Assembly (NCBI GenBank): GCA_963706025.1
Contig: CAVPLM010000026.1
Location: 1 to 48,457 of the forward strand
Length of the DNA: 48,457 nt
From: an uncultured Actinomycetes bacterium
GTDB taxonomy: Bacteria > Actinomycetota > Thermoleophilia > RBG-16-64-13
Direction of reading: 5' to 3'
Below, one piece after another: positions 1 through 8,249 of this stretch. The notes beneath the pieces were generated by a model. That model did no database searches and was not told the DNA's origin. It saw only the letters and a program-made list of their open reading frames with translations. The position numbers and the translations under genes were made by a program. Every line of letters begins with the position of its first letter. Position 1 is the first letter of the stretch.

Positions 1-72
1 CCGGTCAGGACGATAGTCTCGATGCCCTGATCAAGCAGATACTGTGAGCTTCCCGACCTCGCTGGCCGCAGC

Positions 73-275
73 TTAGGAGGCCATTTTCTCCCTCATTGTC
101 TCATAAGGTGTCTTGCCACCAGCCCTCCATGGGGGCGGTGGACGTTGTAGAACTCCTCCGAAGCAGCCAGCTTCTTCCGCAGGTCAACGTCATCGGTGTA
201 GTCGAGTAGCTGGTAGAGGTCAACCTCATCGGTCAGACGTGATCCTTCGACCTTGCCGTTGAGGTTGGGACTGGC
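73..275 (-). mobile_element. IS481-like transposase C-terminal remnant
   Basis: Minus strand reads SPNLNGKVEGSRLTDEVDLYQLLDYTDDVDLRKKLAASEEFYNVHRPHGGL. After a 1-nt shift it continues GGKTPYETMREKMAS* (TAA at 73-75). This matches the NGKVER...YN..RPH..L.GKTP integrase-core tail of IS481/IS3-type transposases. No N-terminal part was found. Confidence 0.65.
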
Positions 276-663
276 TTCAAGATTGAATGCTCGAGTGGAA
301 CCTAGGGGGCTTCGCGAAGCGCAGGGTGCTGTCGGCCAGATTGAAGCCGGTGACCTCGATGCAAACATCTCCTTGCGATGCGCCAGGCGAACTGGGTTCA
401 CCATGGAGCATCAACATGCTGTTCGAAGAGGGCATTGAGCCTGTCGGTCCCAGCCCTTTTTGCGATCGCGGGACGGAAATGGTAAGGCCCCATCGACAGC
501 TCTTTTGACTTGAACCCTTGCTGGTCGGCCCGTTTTCAGAAGTCGAGGAAATGCGGTATGGCCACGGGCCGGCGCTTACATCGCGGCCCGCAACAACGAA
601 TCCGGCGACGAGGTGAAGCCTTCAGGACCGACGGCACATGCCTCAACGGCGAGGATCGTGGAC

Positions 664-700
664 CTGATCGGAGCGCGGCTGGAGCCCCCGCTCCGATCAG
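664..700 (-). terminator. Hairpin just downstream of grdA (probable operon terminator)
   Basis: Perfect 12-bp inverted repeat CTGATCGGAGCG (664-675) / CGCTCCGATCAG (689-700), about 20 nt past the inferred grdA stop. No U-tract. Confidence 0.55.
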
Positions 701-719
701 AAGTTCCGTCGAAGGAGCG

Positions 720-1192
720 TCACAGGTTCGTGCTGGACTGATCTCGCACCTCCGCGACCGCTCGACCAGAGCCTCACCGTCGAGCACCATTTCCATCATA
801 CTGATCTGCTCTTCCCAAACAGCCGGATCGGCTTCAGCTTTGATGGCTTCATCGAATACATGGTAGACGGGGAGTCCCAACGAGACTCCTGCCAATGGGC
901 CTGCGAAGGTCGGGTCGCCAGCGGTAACGGTTTCGGCATAAAGCCCGGCTCCTTCGGCGTCGGCCGAACCGAGCAGCACGATCACGTTCTCAGCGCCGTA
1001 TTTCTCGGCGGCGTCGATCACGCGCTGCTGGTTCTGCAGGTCCATCGCTCCTGCCGCCGTTCAGACGAAGCATTCCGTGGCCGAAAACACCACCTCGGCT
1101 CCGCTGCCGGCAAAGCAGGCCTCCATGGCAGGGCTCGGAACTCCGTCCCGCTCCCCCAGGAGAATCAACTTCTTGCCTGACAACTTGCCCAT
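720..1192 (-). CDS. grdA: Glycine/sarcosine/betaine reductase selenoprotein A (Sec at codon 44)
   Basis: AGGAGG RBS and ATG at 1192. Reads [26 protein letters not shown]...SATECFV-UGA(1063-1061)[14 protein letters not shown]...[27 protein letters not shown], with the classic CxxU motif. One missing base near 760 restores ...[15 protein letters not shown] (TGA 722-720), about 157 aa. Confidence 0.95.
1036..1054 (-). promoter_or_regulatory. Candidate SECIS hairpin of grdA
   Basis: Starts 6 nt after the UGA: GCAGG-agcgatgga-CCTGC, a 5-bp stem with a G-containing loop. Weaker than the grdB element. Confidence 0.45.
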
Positions 1193-1234
1193 TCTTCACC
1201 TCCTCATGAGAAACACTTGATGCTGTTGCATCAG

Positions 1235-1562
1235 TTACGAAAGAAGCCGCTCCGCTCCCGCGCGGATGGCTTCCAGAGTCACCTGCTCGCCGGTGATCCG
1301 CTCCTTCTGCTTCTCCCCCTGTATAGAAGAGAAAGGTCGGAACTCCCATCACCTTGAGGGTCATGGCAAGCCGGCGGTTCTCCATGACATTGAGTCTTGC
1401 CGAACTTGACTTTCTCCTCGTATTCCTCAGCCAGGGCTTCGACATCGGGCATCAAGGCAAGACAAGGGCCGCACCTGGGTCCCCAGAGGTCCACCACGAC
1501 GGGCTAGTTCACTCTCATGCACGTTCCGCTTCAAAATTCTCCGCATTGATAGTGAAGTCCAT
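1235..1562 (-). CDS. trxA: Thioredoxin of the Grd cluster (apparent indels)
   Basis: Assembled across frames: MDFTINAENFEA..VVDLWGPRCGPCLALMPDVEALAEEYEEKVKFGK-LNVMENRRLAMTLKVMGVPTFLFY...ERITGEQVTLEAIRAGAERLLS*. CGPC active site; lies between grdD and grdA. Confidence 0.88.
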
Positions 1563-1608
1563 GGAACTGATCTCCGCTCTCGGGTATGTCGACCTGTAAC
1601 GCCACCCC

Positions 1609-2773
1609 TCATAGATAGCCGAGTCTTTGCTCAAGACTTCCTTTGACCGCTCAACAGAGCTGCCGGGCACCTTGACCACCGGACCTGTGCAGCCCATCGC
1701 GGATTCCGCATAGATGCCGGCTTTCCAGAACTCCTTGACCGCTGCCTCAATGGAAAGCACATCGATGCCCTGGATCTCAGAATCCGTGGGTTGCTGGCGG
1801 AGGTGCCGACACGTCTCTTCCTCGTACACTGGCTTGGCAGCCAAGGAAGCAGATGATCTCATCCAGCCCTGCGGTCTTGGCGGCTGCGAGCTCCCTCTGG
1901 ACACAAGCACCGAGTTTCCCCTGATGACAGACGCCGTGTAGCACAGAGCGTTGGCGATGACCGGCGCGCCGGAAGCCCGGGAAACGATGCTCACGATCCT
2001 CGCCCAGTTTTCGCCGACGGAAGGGCCGTAGCCCCAACCGAGCACTTCGAACTCGCCGCCGGTGTTGAAAGCGGAAAAGAGCTTCACGATCACATTGCCG
2101 GTGAGCGTGTCACACACGCAGATGTCCGTGGCGCCGGCCAGAAGGTCGTTGCCGCGGAGCAGACTACCTCCGTCGGCCCGCAGGCTGCTTCCGAAGTGGA
2201 CGGCGTAGCCGTTTTGCGACAGGCGCTCGAGGGCGCGCTGAACCGAGGCCGCACCATCCAGATTAAGAATCCCGACCGTGGGTTCCTCCGATGCCGAGTG
2301 CCTTGGCCACGGCGATGCCGTACACGGCGTTGCGCAGCATGGCCTCTGTTCTGGAGGCCGCGGACATGCCGGTACATGAGGCGATGAGCATGGGTCTGCC
2401 CCGGGCCGGTGTGAGGACACGACCGATGGTCGTCACTCCCAGAGGAAACGGGTAGTGAAGCGCAACGGCTCCGGCGATGCGACCGTCGACAAGGGCCGAT
2501 TCCATGGCGGCAGACCACGTCCGCTTCGCAATCGGGCGTTTCGATCCATTCCAGAGTGTCGTAGCCCGGCACTCTTGGCGCCGATGGCTACCACATGGAG
2601 CCGGGGATCCTGGGCCATGGCGAGAGCCGCCCCATGCAGGAGCTCCTCCGCGCCCAGCTCGCTTCCCGCGGCCATGAGCCCCACACGGACTCTGGGGCCG
2701 CCCGTGCGAGCCTGTTCGACCAACTCCGCCAACGCATCACCGATGAGCTTGCGCCTTGTCCATCATAAGACAT
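1609..2773 (-). CDS. grdD: Glycine reductase component C subunit alpha (PlsX-like; apparent indels)
   Basis: Fragments RVGLMAAGSELG, IAGAVALHYPFPLGVTTIGRVLTPARGRPM, DICVCDTLTGNVIVKLFSAFNTGG, GWGYGPSVGE, IVSRASGAPVIANA, and the catalytic-Cys motif GIYAESAMGCTGPVV. Start approximate. Confidence 0.9.
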
Positions 2774-2775
2774 CC

Positions 2776-4315
2776 TCAAGTCGCTTTCCGCAGCGACTCG
2801 GCAAGTTCGCTCAAAGCATCCAGCAGGACGTTTTTCACTTCATCACGGGTGAGGCCGCCGGCCGGTTTGCCCGACGGTGCTTCCACAAGGAAGGATGCTC
2901 CGTCGGAAAGGTTGGTCAGTCGAGCCAGGAAGAGACTGCCTTTGCCAATGATCATGGCGCGCTTGCATGGCGCCCGAGGCAATGGCGTCGACGGCGTGAC
3001 CGAGAAAGGGAACGCCCGACGGAATGTGCCCTTGGGTGGGGGCGAAGCCGATGACTCCGCGCTTGGCAACGAAATCGCTGATGGCTGTGCGCTCCAGTTG
3101 TCCCTTCATGACCGCGAGGGCCGCGATCATCTTCGCGTTGGCCTCGGCAACGTCGCCGGCTCCCGCGGGAAGCGGTGATCTCGGAGATATGGAGCTCGGC
3201 CGCGTACTTGTCCACATCGGCGAATCTGCAGGCCGGCCTTCTGCAAGGGGTCCCACACCAGGGCGGTGGTCACGGCCTGGGGCGAAGCGCCGGCTCCGAC
3301 CGAGTGCTTTCCCAAGGCGTCGAGGCGGATGACCGGGGTCGTCCCATCGTCGGGAGTGAGCAGCACAGCAAAGTTGCCCAGGCAGGATTCCAGGGCAGGG
3401 AGTCCTTTCTTCACGTGCTCGCGGGCATTCATGAAGAGCTTGGGCAACGCGCCACCGGCCAGCACAACCACGTTCTTCCGTGCGCCGGAAGCCACGAGAG
3501 CGGCGCCGGTGATCAGAGCGTTCACCGGAGCCGCGCAGAAAGCACGGACATCGAGGCCGCTTGCATTGACACAGCTGGCACTCTCGGCAATGGCCTTCGC
3601 GAAATTGCCGCCGCCGCGCTGGTTCATGTCTCCCGCTGCCTCTTCTGAGCATTCGATCACGAAGTCGATCTCGTCAGGACTGAGACCGGAATTCGTGCAA
3701 CAGATGGAAGAGAGCAAGCAGACCACCCGCCTTGCTGGCCAGGTTCTCCAGCAGGACGTGAGCCGACAGCGCCTCGTCGACTTCGTGGCCCCGGCGGCAG
3801 CAACCGACCACCTGACCGTCGAAGTAGAGCGGGAGCGCTGCGTGCGTGGCGATCTCTTCGAGAATGGCGGAATGGTCCACGCCAGGCTTCATGCGCTTGA
3901 CGACGTCGGCGGGAAGAACCGGATGGGCAAGAAGTTTGTCTCGGACCGACGCTGCGAATCCTGCCTCGAGCCAGATGAGATCGAAGACGTCGCAGATGTC
4001 CATCAGGCCCAGGAACTCATCCTCGGGCATGATCTCGCCGTACTTCCCAAATCGAGTAGTTGAGGCCGCGAGGTTGGCATGCCACGGGCGAGGTTCCGAC
4101 TGCAGTTGCTCGATGGTCATAGAGCCTATGTAGGCCAGATTCGGAGCGTATCGAGCTGCTTCCTCGTAAGATTGGACGAGGTCTGAGAGTTGGTCGAGAA
4201 ACGGTGAGTCAGGTACGTTCCGGCGCTCTAGAAAGGGGGTCGTGCCGTAGCTGAGGCCAAGCTCGGGTGTGTGATTAAGGCAGTAGGCAACGCTTTTTAC
4301 GGCTGCATTCGGCAT
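2776..4315 (-). CDS. grdC: Glycine reductase component C subunit beta (FabH-like; apparent indels)
   Basis: MPNAAVKSVAYCLNHTPEL..YGTT; GEIMPEDEFLGLMDICDVFDL; LSAHVLLENLASKA; IECSEEAAGDMNQRGGGNFAKAIAE; GAGDVAEANAKMIAALAV; GFAPTQGHIPSGVP; MIIGKGSLFLARLTNLSDGASF. Confidence 0.92.
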
Positions 4316-4418
4316 ACCATTGATTCCCTCATCGTTCAACAACCTTTCAGGCGCCCATCTGTCGCTCGAGATTCAAGGCCGCAGTCGAAGGGTCTCGCAA
4401 TCAGGCTTCTCTTCAACG

Positions 4419-5744
4419 TCAGTCGAACGGGAACAGCCGCTGTTCGCTAACGTCAGTCTGAAGCGCCTCCAGGGCCTTCTCCACAATGCTACGACGCAGT
4501 TCTTTCTCCTTTGGCATGTTCAGAGCCGGATTCCCGAGCGGATATGCGACGCCTGCGCCCGGAACGATACGGTGGGGCCCCACCATCAGCGCCACGGACG
4601 TCAGCGGAGTTATGACCGCAGTCGCCAGCCCGGACCTCTCAATCTCCACTGCTATCGCTGACCCGCAGCGAGTGCTGGTACCTCAGGTGCCGGTCAGGAT
4701 CACTGCTTCTATCTTCTCATCTCGCAACTGAGCAGCGATCTCCCGTCCCATCCTGCTGCAGGCCTCAAGGTTACCGGCACAACCGCAGGTGGAGTAGAAG
4801 TGCTCTCCGAGTTTGCCTATGACATGCTCTCGTTCCAGGTCGCGAAGGACGTCGAGGGGAATGAGCCGGTTTGGGTCTCGCATGATCGGGCAGTTGTCAT
4901 ATCCGGCGTGCACCACTTCCCAATCGGCTGGGTCGAACGTGCTCAGCTCTTCGATGCTATATCGGCCGTATCTAGTGGCTGTGAGCCTTTCGATCTCATC
5001 TGGGTTGCCTTTTGGCACCAGCCCACCGTCTGTGACGATCCCTATCTTGGCACTGGAGATGTCCTTGATCGCTGCGGGCGGTTCGACGCGCACAAACTTA
5101 GGCAGAGCCAACTCCGTTTCGAAGGGTTGTCCCGCCAGCCTGGCCAGCATCATATCTACGGCACGCTTCGCAGCAATGGTGTCGACCATGATCCTTTTTT
5201 GCAGACCTCTCGGAATATAGCCTTCCTCCGCAGGCAGGCCGATATCCTGCCCGGTGACCATCTTGTAGGCAAGGTCAACCATCTTGGCTGTCGCGTCTGT
5301 CATACCCCTGGCAGAATCTGTGGTCTTGACGATATGCAGACTCCTTCGGTACATGTCCGCCCCGGGGTTTTCAGGATACATCCCGGTCACGGCGGGAATC
5401 ATCAGTTCCTCACGGACCAGGCTGCATACTGTGCCGCAGGCTATGCCGTAGCGTCCGGCGTTGAAGGCAGGTCCGGCCAAGACCAGATCTGGGCGGTAAG
5501 GCGCGATAAGTCCAACGACTTCCCGCGCGGTTTTGGCGGAATCCAAACCGGCGTAGTCATCGCCGCATATCACGGTGGCGACGATGTGTCCGTCAATGTT
5601 CCTGCTCTTCAAGGCATTGTGGACAGCAATACCGGGCCCAACCGGCCCCTCTTTGACCTGTGGAGACGTCATTGCCTTGTCTTCGCCGCCTATGCCGCCG
5701 AAGAACTGATTAACGTAATGAACGATTCGCAAGGATTGGCCCAT
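4419..5744 (-). CDS. grdB: Glycine/sarcosine/betaine reductase family selenoprotein B (Sec at codon 354), divergent
   Basis: AGGGAG RBS and ATG at 5744: MGQSLRIVHYVNQFFGGIGGEDKA...GPAFNAGRYGIACG...GGLVPKGNPD...HAGYD...VILTGT-UGA(4685-4683)-GTSTRCGSAIAVEIERSG...FPFD*. In-frame readthrough joins ORFs 4683..6128 and 4419..4649 into 441 aa with no indels. Subtype (GrdB/F/H) not assignable. Confidence 0.93.
4655..4671 (-). promoter_or_regulatory. SECIS-like hairpin of grdB
   Basis: UGA-ggtaccagcac-TCGCTG-cgggt-CAGCGA: a 6-bp stem whose G-rich apical loop starts 17 nt after the UGA, consistent with bacterial SECIS geometry. Confidence 0.7.
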
Positions 5745-5787
5745 TGAATACTCCCTGGCAGAATGACCTCGATATGCCGATTCCGGA

Positions 5788-7047
5788 TCAGACTCGCTGC
5801 GATTTGATCTTCCATCCCCCAGTACGCTCAATGCATCGGCGACGCGGTAACCGACCACGGTAATCTGGCCGGTTGAGGGCACGTCGTTGACGGTCTCTCC
5901 CCCGATGGCCCTCTCGACGGGAGGTAGTGTGAAAGGTGTGTCGTGTGGACCGACATTAACGATGGCCAAGGCACCAGGTGTGTTGAAGAGCAGAGCGCTA
6001 TCAGACGTTCCGTCGACGGACGTATCCTGGCAGATAACGGTGGTCCGCATGTCCATTTCTTCGCAGGCTTCTACGGTCAAGCCAAGGTCTATGTTGGGCG
6101 CTCCGCCGCCAATCTTGGTCAATATCACGCCCTCTGCGCCAGAATGGTCTTCGCCAGCTTGGCCGCCATCATCGCGTTTCTCTCGTTATCCGGGATATCA
6201 GCAGTGGCAATCATGACCACAATGCCGGCAAAACACAGGTCCTTCCCATGTCTGCGGTATAGCTCGGTCACCAGCGGGTGGTTCTGTATGAAGTACGTCG
6301 ACGCGCACCAATTCCACAGCCCCTGAACGATGGCTCCGTCCAGTATCTCGTTGGGATGGACGAGCGTAGGCAGAAGCTTTGATACTGGGTCGCCGTACAA
6401 GACGGGGCTTTTGGCGAGGCGCTCAGCTGCATGTGGTGGATCTGGTATATGTACGCGATGCGCGGTAGATGCTCGGCGGCCTTCGCTGCTTGCTCGAGCG
6501 TGCCCAGATCGTAGTCCTCCACACTATCTGCATTCTGCCCGAAGCTGGCCTCAGCGAGGTACACAGCAGTCTTCGTCCCCGCGACGGTCAGGGCATACTG
6601 TAGGTCTACCCACTCGATGCCATCCGCCGGGTAACAGTCCAGGACAACGTGGTTGACGGAACCAAAAGGGCTCGCCTGTGAGCCGGGACCGGCCATGTCG
6701 ATCACTGTGCCTCTTATCCCGGACATACGGTCGATGGTCACGACCCCGGCACCGCGAAGGACACGGGTGCGACCATCGCCCGCAGGCTTTATCTCGCCGA
6801 GCACTCCCGGAAAGTTCTCCCCAGTGTCGTCCATCTTGGCCCGCGGCTCAACAACATTATGGACGTTTACCATGCGCAGGTTCTCGCCGGGATGTGCTAA
6901 CTCAATATTCACACAGCTTAAACTCTGATCTTCCGCTACCAAAGTCTGAAGCTCGTCCCGGTTGATGAAGAGAACAGCATCTTTGACTGACGTCTTATCT
7001 CCGAATTGGATGTCCTTAATATTCAGGATATCGAGTTCCAGGTTCAT
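5788..7047 (-). CDS. grdE: Glycine/sarcosine/betaine reductase component B subunit (GrdE/GrdG/GrdI-like), divergent; apparent indels
   Basis: MNLELDILNIKDIQFGDKTSV..., VVEPRAK, G.GRTRVLRG, LLPTLVHPNEILDGAIV, TYFIQNHPLVTELYRRHGKDLCFAG, ILTKIGGGAPNIDL, AIVNVG. Frame shifts near 6420 and 6135, and probably near 5810 (restoring ...GKIKSQRV*). Confidence 0.85.
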
Positions 7048-7116
7048 CAACTCTCCTCGTTGGCCGGGACTTGGATCGAAAGGACGTTTAAGGGACCGCA
7101 GCCGGTGAGGGGACCC

Positions 7117-7416
7117 TCATTCGGCGGAGTCCTCCATCGGCCAGTTGTAGACGAATACCTGCTCGCTATCGGTAATGACCCGCTGCCAATCGATGCGGCC
7201 ACGCAGCACCTCACCGCCAATGACCAACGCGTACCCAGGCTTGACTACCTGACCGTCGGTGATCAGGTCAAACAGGGTGCCATCGCCTTCCTTGAGGGTT
7301 GGGGTTCTCAGAGCATCCTCGACGGTAAGCTTCGGCTTGTCTACTCGAACGGCGCGAGCCCGCCATCCCAAGGCCTTTGCAGCCTCGCCGGAGACGATAT
7401 TGAGAATCGCTCTCAA
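7117..7416 (-). CDS. MoaD/ThiS (ubiquitin-like beta-grasp) family-like protein without C-terminal GG
   Basis: 99 aa. The TTG start overlaps the upstream stop (TTGA) and has a GAGGTGG RBS. The pattern LTVEDAL..TL...TLFDLI..G.VKPGYALVIGG......L...ITDSEQVFV resembles MoaD. Ends WPMEDSAE. Confidence 0.55.
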   Translation of the reverse strand: MRAILNIVSGEAAKALGWRARAVRVDKPKLTVEDALRTPTLKEGDGTLFDLITDGQVVKPGYALVIGGEVLRGRIDWQRVITDSEQVFVYNWPMEDSAE

Positions 7417-8249
7417 GGCTGACCACCTCTATGCACGGCGACATCGCCGACGTTGAGGTCCTTGTCGACCTCGATCGGTCCCAGTTCCTTCGTGGCGTAC
7501 CCTTCCTTCTGGATCGAGACTCGATACGTCCCCCGTTCCAGCCCATCGGCCCAGAAATCGCCGAACTCGTCGGTCCGGACGCTCACCTGGGCGTCCTTGA
7601 GACCAAGTTCGAGGGTGACCAGCGCATCCTCGACGACCTCGTCGGCGTCCGGATCGTAGATGGTCGCCGCCGATGAACGTCTTGGGCAGGCCGATGTAGT
7701 AGACCCGTGGCTTACGTGCCAGATCGGGCTGTAGCAGCTTCGGCCTGCGCGATCAGTTCGGCCAACTCTTCTTCTTCGCCGAAGGTGATGGCGCCGGTCG
7801 GGCAGGCCTCGGAACAGCGGGTCTGGGTCCAGCCCTTGTCGAGCAGATGGGCGCAGAAGGTGCACTTCTGGGCGATCCTCAGATCTTCGTTGTAGTAGAT
7901 GACCCCGCCGTAGGGGCAGGCTTCCACACAGTTGTGGCTGCCCTTGCAGACCTGTCGGGTCGATGATGACCGCGCCGTCCGGGCCGCTTGTAGATGGCCT
8001 TCTCCGGGCAGGCCGTTGAGGCAAGGCGCATCGTCGCAGTGCTGGCAGATGGTGTGCTCGTAGGCCACTCTTCACCTTGGGGACCTGGCCCCGCACCTGG
8101 TCGACCACCCTGTTCCAGAACTGGCCGGTGAGCGGCTGGGGTTTGGCGATGGGCGACCAGTCGTTGCCGCAATGCTCGTCCTTGCAGGCGATCTGGCAGT
8201 TGTGGCAGCCGTTGCACTTGGTGATGTCGATGACCATGACCTTGCCCAT
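7413..8249 (-). CDS. 4Fe-4S beta subunit of pyrogallol-transhydroxylase-like Mo/W enzyme, with C-terminal beta-sandwich domain; apparent indels
   Basis: MGKVMVIDITKCNGCHNCQIACKDEHCGNDWSPIAKPQP; CQHCDDAPC; CVEACPYG; KCTFCAHLLDKGWTQTRCSEACPTGAI; C-terminal RTDEFGDFWADGLERGTYRVSIQKEGY. TGATG overlap with the alpha gene. Confidence 0.85.
   Translation of the reverse strand: MGKVMVIDITKCNGCHNCQIACKDEHCGNDWSPIAKPQPLTGQFWNRVVDQVRGQVPKVKSGLRAHHLPALRRCALPQRPARRRPSTSGPDGAVIIDPTGLQGQPQLCGSLPLRRGHLLQRRSEDRPEVHLLRPSARQGLDPDPLFRGLPDRRHHLRRRRRVGRTDRAGRSCYSPIWHVSHGSTTSACPRRSSAATIYDPDADEVVEDALVTLELGLKDAQVSVRTDEFGDFWADGLERGTYRVSIQKEGYATKELGPIEVDKDLNVGDVAVHRGGQP

Noticed and set aside
43-72. IS481 terminal inverted repeat starting TGT at 43
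   Set aside because: No partner end was found, so it cannot be supported.
4419-4649. Separate 76-aa gene after grdB; likewise the 536..1045 ORF as a complete gene
   Set aside because: Both are the post-UGA parts of selenoproteins. The 536-720 extension arises from a frameshift.
4683-6128. Apparent GrdE-GrdB fusion ORF (481 aa)
   Set aside because: One added base near 5810 gives a plausible GrdE end (LGDGKIKSQRV*, TGA 5790-5788). grdB has its own AGGGAG RBS and ATG, and the region is indel-prone.
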